Below, in pieces: positions 53,106 to 64,000 of a stretch of 64,000 nt of DNA. The notes under the pieces are model-generated. The model had not been told where the DNA came from and did no database searches. It saw nothing but the letters and a program-made list of their open reading frames with translations. How positions within the stretch are numbered: the first letter of the stretch is position 1; every line of letters starts with the position of its first letter. Location of the stretch: NCBI RefSeq assembly GCF_009914755.1, contig NC_060925.1. One strand, given 5' to 3'. Position numbers and translations under genes: made by a program. Source of the DNA: the human T2T-CHM13v2.0 reference genome, Homo sapiens.

Positions 53106-54373
53106 TTAGGTTTGTGCAAAAGTTTTTGCATTGCTGAAGTTTGCCGTTTGATACTGGAATACAATCTTAAATAAATGTGGTTATAAATCACTTTAATGAA
53201 CATTTCTCACTTTATGTTTTTTTATTTTGCTAATGACTTATTACTTCCCATTTATTTTATAGTTATTTTGGACTATGGAAATGATGTTGGACAAAAAGCA
53301 AATTCAAGCAATCTTCTTATTCGAGTTCAAAATGCGTCATAAAGTAGCAGAGACAACTCACAACATCAACAATGCGTTTGACCCAGGAACTGCTAACAAA
53401 CCTACAGTGCAGTGATCATTCAAGAAGTTTTGCAAAGGTGACGAGATGAGGAGCATAGTGGCTGGCCAGCAGAAGTTGCCAATGATCAGTTGAGAGCAAT
53501 CATCGAAGCTGATCCTCTTACAACTACATGAGAAGTTGCTGAAGAACTCAAAGTCGAACATTCTATGGTCACTCGGCATTTGAAGCAAATTGGAAAGGTG
53601 AAAAAGCTTGATAACTGGGCGCCTCATGAGGTGAGCAAAAATTGAAAAAAGTCATCATTTTGAAGTGTCGTCTTCTCTTCTTCTATGCAATAACGATGAA
53701 CCATTTCTCAATCAGATTGTGATGTGCAACAAAAAGTGGATTTTATATGACAACCATCGACCACCAGCTCAGTGGATGGAACAAGAAGAAGCTCCAAAGC
53801 AGTTCCCAAAGCCACACTTGCACCAAAAAATGGGCATGGTCACTGTTTGGTGGTCTGCTGCCGGTCGGATCCACTACAGCTTTGTGAATCCTGATGAAAT
53901 CATTACATCTAAGACGTATGCTCAGCAAGTCCATGAGATGCATCGAAAACTGCAATACCTGCAGCTGGCATTGGTCAACAGAAAAGACCCAATTCTTCTC
54001 CATGACAATGCCCAACCACATGTCACACAACCAACACTTCAAAAGGTGAACAAATTGGGCTATGAAGTTTTGCCTCATCTGCCATATTCACCTGACCTCT
54101 CGCCAACCAACTACCACTTCTTCAAGCATCTCAACAACTTTTTGCAGGGAAAATGTTTCTACAATGAGCAAGATGCAAAAAATGCTATCTAAGAGTTTGT
54201 AGAATCTTGAAGCATGGATTTTTATGCTACAGGAATAAACAAACTTATTTTTCATTGGCAAAAATATGTTGATTGTAATGGTTTCTATTTTCATTAATAA
54301 AGATGTGTTCGAGCCTAGTTATAATGATTTAACATTCACAGCCTGAAAGCATAATTACTTTTGCACCAACTTT
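53106..54373 (+). mobile_element. Near full-length Hsmar1 mariner transposon
   Basis: Left TIR remnant ttaggtttgtgcaaaagt and right TIR aattacttttgcaccaac, about 1.27 kb, with a mariner transposase inside. Confidence 0.96.
53275..54297 (+). pseudogene. Disrupted Hsmar1 transposase
   Basis: MEMMLDKKQIQAIFLFEFKM..., stop at 53413-53415. ORF 53665-54192 holds WILYDN, LLHDNA and PYSPDLSP; the WVPHEL motif appears as WAPHEV. Confidence 0.95.
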
Positions 54374-54569
54374 TTTTTTATGGCAGTGTATTTTCTTTTA
54401 TCACATATTTAGAATTATCTAATCATACATTGTTGGAGCTGGCTGATAACTTAGAGATTTCCTAGTTTGCCTTCCTCATTTAAAAAATAAAGAAGTTAAG
54501 CTCCAGGTAGGCTAAATTGATCTTTAATTAGGTGAAATTATTTTCCCTCTGATTTCCCTTCCTCAGGTG

Positions 54570-55100
54570 AAGCCATCAGAACTCATTCAAGCTAAAAATC
54601 TGAGTCATTTTGAAATTATTCTTTTTATCTCATATCCAATCAGTGATCCGCATGCTATTTAGTTTTATATCCTACATATCTCACTAACCCAGAGACACTA
54701 AGGTAGTTCAGGTCCTCATCATTGCCTCCACTCTTTCATACCCCAAATATTCTTCTGCATCTTCTGCCAGCCACATATTGCACCAAATACTGAAAATATG
54801 ACAGTAATAGTCTGTCTGTGGCTGCCTTGGGTTCCCACTTCCCCCTAATTTTGATCGATCTTCAACACATCTATTGGAGAGTGTTTTACAGAACACAAAT
54901 CGTATTATGATTTCCCTTATTCAAAATTCTTCAGTAGCTTTCTGTTACCATGTGAGATTAACATCAAGTCCATTGGTCTTTCTCAGAGTGATCCTTCCCT
55001 TTATTTGGGGAACTTTTCTTGCTCATATTCAAGCTTTGGGTCTACCATTCTACAGACCCATGTGCCACACAGAGGTACTAACTTTTATCGAACTATGACA
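54570..55100 (+). mobile_element. L2 fragment
   Basis: tcaagctaaaaatctgagtcattttga...catatccaatcagtg...gttcaggtcctcatcattgcc. Confidence 0.55.
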
Positions 55101-56099
55101 GGCACATTCATACTGTAAACATAGAATGTTAGCCTCCCTTTCTCTAGCTTATTTGGGGGAAAGTGAGCATATCACATGTCTGATCGTGAGTCATCTCCTT
55201 TGCTGTTGCTACCACATGAGATATGTTTTCTCCCCTGCTTTCAGCTCTAACTCTGGTCTTTATTTACCCTACAGCTGGGCACTACCTGATACTCCAGGAT
55301 GCTTGGTTCTTCAGTATAGCACTGCGGCAGCAGTACTAGCTACAGTGAAAGGTGATACGAGGAGCATCACTTTTTCCTTTTTGGACCCATCCGTTAATTC
55401 TCCATAAAAATCATTATAAAAAAATAAGATTTTATGTATGTAACACATTTTATTACACTGTTGATAACTAAAGAAATTAAAATAAATGTAAAACAAACAA
55501 CTTTAGATGCTACTACGATTGTTCCTAGTATTCAAAGAAAAAATAAATAATAATTAATGCCCTTTTTCTTAGTCTTAATAATAGAAAACTCTAAGAAATG
55601 CTTTGGGACATCATTTATATTCTTTAAGATTGCCATGACAAGGCGAGGTACCCATGTACCTCTTAATTTTTCCTGTAGTTTTGGAATGAGTAACTATTAA
55701 ACACACACACATGCACATATACAAATATACAAGCCATTCCATTTATAAGGACATTAAAAATTAATAGTCTGAAACACCTTAAGAAATTGTCTTTCTATAT
55801 GCAAAAATGCTTGTACTGTTATCCCTGGCCACAATGTACGTAGAGCTGAATATTCTAATGAAGAGAAAATTTACTTTATTTTTGTAGGTTCCAGAAAATA
55901 CACAAAAGATTATTGGCTTTTTTTTAAGTGGGCCATTAAAATACCTTGACAAACATCAGAACCATCTACATCTTGCTCCTGTCCAGAAAATAAAAACCCA
56001 CTCAAATAATTGGACATATGAGTTTTAGAGAAGAAAGAAAGGAGATTACTCTTTTAAAACATACAGTTTTACATCTTTTCATATACTCTTTCTCTTGCT

Positions 56100-56375
56100 A
56101 AAGATGCTACTTCTTCTAATAAAAAGGTTCAAGTTGAAATGTCTTCTCTGTGATCCCTTCCTTACTCCCCTGTGCCTTTACCTGATTGTCCCTCCTACAC
56201 TTCTCATAAAAATCTGCGCTTTACTATAACTCACCACATCTCATCATATTTACTTACATCTCTCTGTCTCTCTGTGTCACCTGTGAGCTCCTGTGGGGGC
56301 AAGAAATAAGATTCTATTCATCTGTGTTTTCTGGTACTTAGTCACAATAAATGTTCAATAGATATTTGGGAATAA
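56100..56375 (+). mobile_element. L2 3' end
   Basis: ctgtgagctcctgtgggggcaagaaa...ttagtcacaataaatgttcaatagatatttgggaataaat. Confidence 0.65.
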
Positions 56376-56584
56376 ATTAGAGAAGGAATACATTCCCAAA
56401 GTTATACAAATTAGTGACCAGGTAGATAACAAAACTAAGGATTTATGACTCCTAGTCTAGTATTTTCCATAATTATATAACTTGGTCTCTAAACAGCAGT
56501 TAATTCCCAAATTGCAGGCTAGACATCCAAGAAGTTTAATGAATTTTTCAAGATCACATTTATAATGTCAGAAACATCATTATT

Positions 56585-56940
56585 TCAGTCAGCATAGATT
56601 AGGTTATGCTGCAGTAATACTCTCCAAATTCCTACATACTGAAACAATGAAGGTTTGCTGATTGCTCCTGCTACAGGTCCATCATAGGTAAGAAGAGGAT
56701 ATCGATACTGCCATTGAGAGACACAGGCTGATGGAGCAGCCACAGTCTTGAACCCTGATTGCATTTATGCCACAGGGAAAAAAATATTCTGAAGACTGTC
56801 CACCAGCAAATAACTTCTCTGGTCCGGAAGATGTTACTTCCCCCCATTACTCATCACAGAATCCCCAGCCAACAACAAAAAGATTGGAAAGTATAATTCT
56901 ACCATGTTTGAACTGGAGATGATATTTGGTTAGCAATCAT
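56585..56940 (-). mobile_element. Old MLT1 (K/L-like) LTR
   Basis: cagtcagcatagattaggttatgctgcagtaatac...acacaggctgatggagcagccac...aagtataattctaccatgttt. Confidence 0.65.
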
Positions 56941-57579
56941 TTTCCTTAAAAATGCAAGTTGGTCAAGACTAGTACCAAGACTTACATATAATAAGTATAT
57001 CAGAGATATTTGCTAAGTTGAATATAATTTTTATTTCTAGCCCAGTATTCTTTCTACTAGGCAGTTATGAGATACACTTATTTAAGAAAAATACCAAGGA
57101 TGTGGGCATTTTTATTTTAAGATAATTCAGATACAATAAATGTGAAACTGTTCAAGGAATTATACATCTTAGCTTAAGAACAAGAAATAATTGTGATTAT
57201 TTTTTATGGAAAATAGCTGTCTTTAGCTACACAGTAGGTGATAATAAGAAAAACCATGACTAATTGTTTGCAGATTGTTGAATACAGAGAAATAAACTTA
57301 AAGGTCAATAAAAAGTTAAATGGGGTGATTTTCGTTAAGTGCTATATAAAAGCAGCATGACACCTTCCTCCCCTAGACAGGGCTTTGGGGCAGGAAAGCC
57401 CAAAATTCTAGACCTAAATTCATTACCTATTAGCAATGTAACCTCGACTCTCCTGTAGGCATATGTCTTGCTGTATAAAATGAAAATCTGGAATAATGTA
57501 TAAGATTCCTTACAATTTAAAATTATGTGAGCTACGTGAGTTAACTTGTCATAACTCAGATTAGGAGTAACTTCTATAA

Positions 57580-58000
57580 TAGTTATAGTTGCAGTAATTG
57601 CTATAGTAACTACTCCTCAAAATTTCAATCCCATAAAATAATATAATTATATTTTTCATCCACATAACCATGTTCCTGTTTTTCCACATGGTGATTCATT
57701 CACAGGCTTCTCCACCTATTTGCTCTATCATTCATTCACTGGAGCCTCAGAGTCCTCTGCTTCTGGTAAAAAAAAGGAAGGAGAGTGGAAAAACCTAGAC
57801 CATAAGTGGCACACATCACTTCTGCTTAGCTTTTTTTGGGGAGAATTTCTCATAGATGAGAACACATTACTGCAACTGTATACAAAGGAGGCTGGAGAAA
57901 CATAGTTCCTGTCTGGAGATTCCTCTACCAGCACCAACTTCACACTGTGGAAGTAGAGACTCAAAGTTTTGGAGAACATCTAACCCGTGGCACATATTCT
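57580..58000 (-). mobile_element. Old MLT1 LTR
   Basis: aagtggcacacatcacttctgct...aaggaggctggagaaacatagttcct...ttttggagaacatcta. Confidence 0.55.
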
Positions 58001-58223
58001 CAAGTCTTTCTTGACCATCAACTTTGTCCATTGAAGAATTTATCACTTCTCTCTGCTGCTTCCCCTACACTCAGACAGAATGCTATCCTGAGATCTACAT
58101 TAGTTGGTTTCTTTAGGTGGCAAAAATTTAACAGCAGAGACAATTTTTATTTTAGCCTTGTACCTTCCAGCATGTTGCCCTGCTCCAGGATAGAGTAATT
58201 ATTTTGTTAAAATAAATAAATAA

Positions 58224-58293
58224 ATATATATATATATATATATGCACACACACACACACATATATATATACACACACATATATATACACACAC

Positions 58294-58344
<51 letters not shown>

Positions 58345-58351
58345 CACATAT
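58224..58351. repeat. Compound (TA)n/(CA)n microsatellite
   Basis: Alternating TA and CA blocks. Confidence 0.95.
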
Positions 58352-59249
58352 AATGAATTTATTCAGAGCCCTCTCTGTCACTTTTGTGTTTTATTTCTGT
58401 GTATTTGGGAAAATATTTTAATCTATAAGAACATTATTAAAACATGTACCCTGCAATACTATTGAGGGCATTAGATGAGAAACATATATTAAGGGTTTAA
58501 ATATAAATGATGTTTCCCAGACCCTCACTCTCCACCTGAAATCACATCCCCTTCGTAAGTAGGAGATGGAGAGAAGGCCTATTTTTGAAATCCTAATGTT
58601 AGGTATAGGAATTGAAATATGCCCTTATTCCCTCAGTTTATGTCCATAAACGTTGTTGTTGTTGTTGCTGCTGTTTTATTCAGAAAGGTATAAGTCACAA
58701 TACTACTTCTAGAAAGACAGAAAAATTCGATTTTGTAAACTTACAAGTAAAGACATAAGTGCACCCTGAAAAGCAGCACTTAGACTTCATAGGAAATACC
58801 TGGGAAGATTTTGTCCACGAGCAGCAAGGAAATATTTTGAGAAATTTAAGTCTTATTCAGTTCAGTCAAATATATAAACATGTAATAATATGTTTAATGC
58901 AGAACATGTATTCATTCATTTATCAAACCAACATTTATTAAGCATTTACTTTGGCTTATTAACTTACATTATTTAGGAAAAAATCAAACCATGTTTTTCA
59001 AATTACCTATGTAACTATAGAATGCTTTGGACTGGATATGTAGTAAGATCCTTGGGGAGCATTTTTAGCCATAACATTTGGACCATTAAATGACCAGAGC
59101 CCATTCCTACACATTGCTTGAATTCCAATAAACATTTATGGAATAAATGCAACCATAACTATAAAAATTCATTTAAATCCCTTATTTAGACTTTTTAGCT
59201 ATGACAATGTAGAATTTTACTAGAACCCAGGGATCTTGGAAAACAAAGG

Positions 59250-59834
59250 TGTTAAAGAAATATCCCCATCCTTTTGTGTCCCCAAAGATACCTTACTACA
59301 AAGAAACAGCCTTCCCTATGACTTATTTAGGGATGCTTTCCTTGGTTTACCTATGACCAATCCAGACAAAACCCTCCAAACTCCCATTCTTTGCTTCATT
59401 AATAGTTAACTGAACTGCTGGTCCCCACGGATCAATGAGAACAAAATGCTTGTTAAGCAAGCTTTGTTAAAGCATCTCTGCTTCCCCTAGGTCCCTGAAC
59501 TTTGAACCACCTTCAGACTAAACCAGCAGACAGCCCCTTAACAGCAACTCCTGCGAATAATCTCAGTAACACACTTTCTTATTTACTGTCCAATCTGCTG
59601 TCCACTCTTTCATCCCATTTCTCCACACCTAATTTTTTTCTAGCCTTGTTTACTTCTTATTATAAAAGGAAAACTCTTTTTGTTTAATCTTTGAATACTG
59701 GCAGGTCTCACGATCTATTACAGTAGTCCCCCTCCTTCTATTACAATTCCCCTCCTTCTATTCTCTTTCCTCCTTGCGATAATTTTAAAAAATATTTTCT
59801 TTACCCTAATTCCAGATTTGTGTTTTATTTGATA
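59250..59834 (+). mobile_element. ERV1 LTR (MER31/MER67-like)
   Basis: TG start, ccctccaaactcccattctttg, TATA-like tattataaaagg, and end ccagatttgtgttttatttgata. Subfamily uncertain. Confidence 0.6.
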
Positions 59835-60487
59835 CCTGCTTTGAAAGAGGATTATTTCCCCCCCTACACACACCCAATGTACAAATGTAAACTAAATCTC
59901 CATCTGCTATAGTCCTAACTTCATTTTTTCTCATTTGACCTCTTAGAGTGTTTTTCTGATTTTCTAAAGTGAAAATATTTATTAACATTCAAGTTGAATA
60001 AAAAAGGATGTTTAGAGCCTATATCAAATAAAAATGTGTTGCAAATAAGAGTTCCATGACTCTGTCTTGGGGCTTGAGGAGCACTTACAGAAAGACTGCC
60101 TTCTTGAATGTTAGGGGACACTGTTTTAGTTACAGTAACTGTCTTGCCATAAGCTTGAATATGTACTGCCATCTACTGGTAAATACTACAAAATCAAATT
60201 AAAACAAATGGCACTTCTTTCTTGCAATAAGTATGTGAACACATTTGTTGAAAAAAAGGTCCTCTCAACAGACCTAACAACAAATGTTTATGTTCTATAT
60301 ACATAATTTATTTATTAACTCACCATGTTTAAATACTGTTTTATCTTATATTTTCTTAAAAATGTTTTTTGGTTTATAAAATATTTTTAACTGATTCAGG
60401 GTTAAATATCTGAACAAGTCCAATTATTGTACTATGTTGAATAGGATAGTACAGTTCAGAACAATACAGAGCTTTGATGTGCAAAGG

Positions 60488-60639
60488 TGCAGTCTGCTGA
60501 CCACACTTTAGGTACAAGAAACATCTGGGAGCTCGTTAGGAATTCAGAATCTCAGTCCTCTTCCCAGACCCTCTTAGAATCTGCACTTTAACAAGATGAT
60601 TAGGCAAATGGTTTTCACATTAGAGTTTGGGGAGCCCTG
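60488..60639. mobile_element. MER5A hAT-Charlie MITE
   Basis: catctgggagctcgttaggaattcagaatctcagtcc...gaatctgcactttaacaagat...cacattagagtttggggagccctg. Confidence 0.8.
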
Positions 60640-61087
60640 GCACAAAGTAAAGTATAGCACTGCATAGGCAAAATCACTAGTCTGAAATATTAAAAATCAA
60701 AAACAAAGAACAAAGGAACTCATGGTCCTGGAATCATTTTTTATTTTTCAATCTTTTAAATGGACTTCATCCTGCAATTAAAATATTTTGAATCACTGTA
60801 AGATCAATTGAAGCAGTTATGAAACAAATTATAATGCAAGACAATTAAGAACAATACCCTAGAGCTAAATGTTAATATTATACATTTGTGCATATTGGAA
60901 TTCATTTTTCTGTTCAGCATCCTTGATGAGACTTTCCATAACATTAATTACTGAGACAGCTATGCCAGCAGCCTCCCAAGAAAGTCAAGAAATAGTCGAA
61001 GAAAAGATACAAAGTAAGGAGTTGGAGTTAAGAGTAAAGTCAATGAGGGGTGCTAAATTTCATGCAAATGCATACACATATACAGAT

Positions 61088-61088
<1 letters not shown>

Positions 61089-61122
<34 letters not shown>
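61089..61122. repeat. (CA)n microsatellite
   Basis: Perfect CA run. Confidence 0.97.
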
Positions 61123-61125
<3 letters not shown>

Positions 61126-61749
61126 AGAGTGATCTCCCAATATCAAGTTGGCAGACCGCAGGAGCCAAAATTTCAAGGCTCGCTGGCTCTCCACAGCTCC
61201 TACAATCACTTTTATTAGAAAGAGACTCCATCGCTCAAGTGATCTTATTTAGTGTGCCAGAGGCCTCTTACTTGAAAAAGAAACACAGATAAAAGTGTAC
61301 ATTCAGCAAAAGGGCACAGTTTTCTTTTTTTTTTAATGTAAGTTGTATATATTATCATTGTCTTTGGATTTATTGAGACTTTCATTATGATTAGCACACA
61401 GTCATTTTTTTAAAAATGTTTCATGTGAGCTTGAAAATGTGCATTTTCTACTTCTTAGGTGCTAAATAGATAGATAAATCAAACTTGTTAATTGTTAATT
61501 ATGCTGTCCATATTGTCTATATCATTATTAATTTATTTCACTGCCTAACTGATTGATTAATAAAAGTACATTAATATCTCCCCTTATAGGGATAAATTAT
61601 TTTTTTCTGTTCCAGCAGATTTTGCTTTCCATATTTTATGACTGTTTAACTAGACTGTTTATATTTTCCTAAGAAATTTATTACTTTATAATATATCGTG
61701 TCCCTCTTTATTCTTAATAACATTCATCTTAAATTCTGTATAATTTAAT

Positions 61750-62466
61750 ACTACCCGATGTAGGCTAAACTTCACAGGTTAAGAGTCAGGAGTCCCCAGG
61801 GCCACTTTTACTTTTGACCAGTTGGTGACAAATTAGAGTGTTTCAACAACCACTCTCAAGTTTGATTTTTCAAGAGAAAAATTCACAGGACTCACTAGAA
61901 GAAAGTCTAATACTTAAAGTTATAGTTTTAATATATATATTATACAGCATATATAATATATATATTCCCAAATTAGAAGAGATGCATAGAGTGAAGACTC
62001 AGAGAGTTCAAAACACAGTTTTCATCATCTTCTCAGTGTCAAAGTGCGACGATACTCAAGAGTATTGCCAACCAGGGAAAGCTCACTGAGCTTCAGTGTT
62101 AAGAGTTTTGTTTTTGTTTTTTTTAAATCGGACTCTAACTCTGTAGACACAATTGATTGAATCATTGTCCACTGACTCAGTCTCCAGTTAGCTCTCGCTT
62201 CCACTGGGGTTAGGGTGATATAAAAATATAAAGTTGATCTTTCCAGTATGGCCAAATCCAACCTAGTCAACTCCTCAGCATAAACTATCTAGGAGCTAAC
62301 CATCAGTCACCTAATCAGCATAACTCTCTATCAAGTGGGTTCTAACAGGCCCACCATAACAAAGACACTCCAATTACTTGGAAAATTCAAAGGGTTTAGA
62401 GGTTACCTCCTGGAGCCAAGACAAAGGCCAGACTTCTCTTTTGGTAAAGTTAGTTCTTCACCACAC
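61750..62466 (-). mobile_element. MER21-like LTR inserted in an old L1M
   Basis: cacaggttaagagtcagg...ttttgaccagttgg...caaccagggaaagctcactgagc...ccaagacaaaggccagacttctctt. L1M-like taatttaatact | aatattgccaccctagctttc flanks. Confidence 0.65.
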
Positions 62467-63462
62467 AAGTACTAATATTGCCACCCTAGCTTTCTTTTCA
62501 TTATGAATGACCCACAAAGTATAAAATAAATGGTAAAAAAATCCAAATATTTCTGTAATCACAGTAAATATAAATATACGAAACTCATTATTAAAATTTG
62601 TCTTATTGGAATAAAATAATTCTTGTTATTTACAAGAGCCAAACATAAATGATATGGACACGTCATCAAATAAGTGCAAATTAAAACCACAATGAAACAC
62701 CACTATGCACTCACCAGTAGAGGCAAACTTTAAAAAACTAATAATACAAAATAATCATAATCTTCATCTAAGCTGTGGTAACATGGGAATATAAATTCAT
62801 CTGTAACATGTATATAAGTAGAAATTATCAAGCCATACATTTAAGATATATGCATTTCTATGTATGTTATATCTCAATAAAATAATTTTGAAAACATGAA
62901 TAAAAAAAGACATTCGCTTTCAGGACAGCCTCATATTCTAGTTTCACTCTTCAAAATCTGCTTGCAGCTGGTTTCAATTCACTGATAGAAGTAATACTGC
63001 CTACTAGACAGGGTATTGGAGAATGTGGAGAAATAGGGAATGAGCCCAGAACAGAGGAAGGATATTGATATTATTACCCAAAGTTAATATAGTTGAACAG
63101 AGACATCTCAGTGCTTAGGTTGAAAAAGAGGGATAAGAAAAAGAATAAGGCATAAAAGAAGGAGATAGGTTGAATACAGGAGTACTGGCTAGAAAGTTAG
63201 GAGGGCTATGGAATCAATGTTCTGCTTCAGAATCATGGGCCTAGCTAGATAACTAGTATAGTTTTTATTCCCACAAGTCAGTGAAGTAATGTGAGAAAGT
63301 CACACCGAACTGACAGATACACCATTGAACATTTGGCTGCATCTCACATGGTAGTATGGTCCAGTTATAGGGAAATAGTTGACTGGCATATCAACATGTC
63401 CTCCTTCTCCTGAATCTAGCAAATTCTCTCATGTGTCCAGTTGAAGTCTTCCTTTCTCCAGT

Positions 63463-63883
63463 TGTATTAGGTTTCTAGGGCTGCCATAGCAAAATACCAC
63501 AAAGTCACTTAAACAACAGAAATGCTTTGTATCACAGTTGTGGAGGTCAGAAATTGAAAATCAGGTGTCAGCAGGGCCATGCTCTCTCTGACAGCACTGG
63601 GGAAAATCTGATTGAGACCTCTCTCCTAGTTTCTGGTAGTTTCCTGGCTTGGGGCAACATAATTCCAATATTCACATGGCATTTTTCCTGTGCGCATTTG
63701 TTTCAGTGTCCACATTTTTCCTTTCTATATGGACACAGACATAATGGACCAGAGTCTACCCTAATAACCTAGTCTTAAGTTGATAATCATCAAACACCCT
63801 TTTTCCAAATAAGGTCACACTTAACAGGTATTGGGAGTAAAGATTTCAGCATCTTTTTTGGGGATACAATTCAACACATAACA
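63463..63883 (-). mobile_element. MLT1B/C solo LTR
   Basis: tgtattaggtttctagggctgccatagcaaaataccac...gggatacaattcaacacataaca. Confidence 0.9.
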
Positions 63884-64000
63884 CTAGTCCTCTGTCTTAA
63901 TACTGACACTGCAATGTCCTTGAAATTTTACCTTAATTAAGTGGCCAAGACCAAGTCTTCCTTCCTAGAATCTCCTTTGTGTCATGCATGTCCGAGTGAA

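Noticed and set aside
53665-54192. SETMAR gene or active mariner transposase
   Set aside because: Upstream stop and deletion, lost catalytic Asp residues, premature stop, and no SET domain.

Overview
AT-rich primate (human-like) genomic DNA, either intergenic or deep intronic, with no recognisable intact protein-coding gene, RNA gene or CpG island. Roughly half of it is decayed interspersed repeats: three Alus, several L1s (one 5'-inverted L1PA with a TSD), L2/MIR, many MaLR LTRs (MLT1, a THE1 solo LTR, a full LTR-int-LTR THE1), ERV LTRs (MER21 and others), and DNA transposons (near full-length Tigger1 and Hsmar1, MER82, MER47-like, MER5A). The ORF track consists of microsatellite read-through, TE remnants or chance ORFs. 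I found no new biological system. The most unusual structure is a complex templated-insertion scar at about 16.49-16.73 kb: a 103-bp copy of sequence 1.44 kb upstream, sitting between 51-bp inverted repeats. Other local duplications and palindromes, two triple-nested TE stacks and a few candidate splice-flanked exons are also present. Repeat subfamily names come from recalled consensus sequences, not a search, and boundaries of old repeats are approximate.
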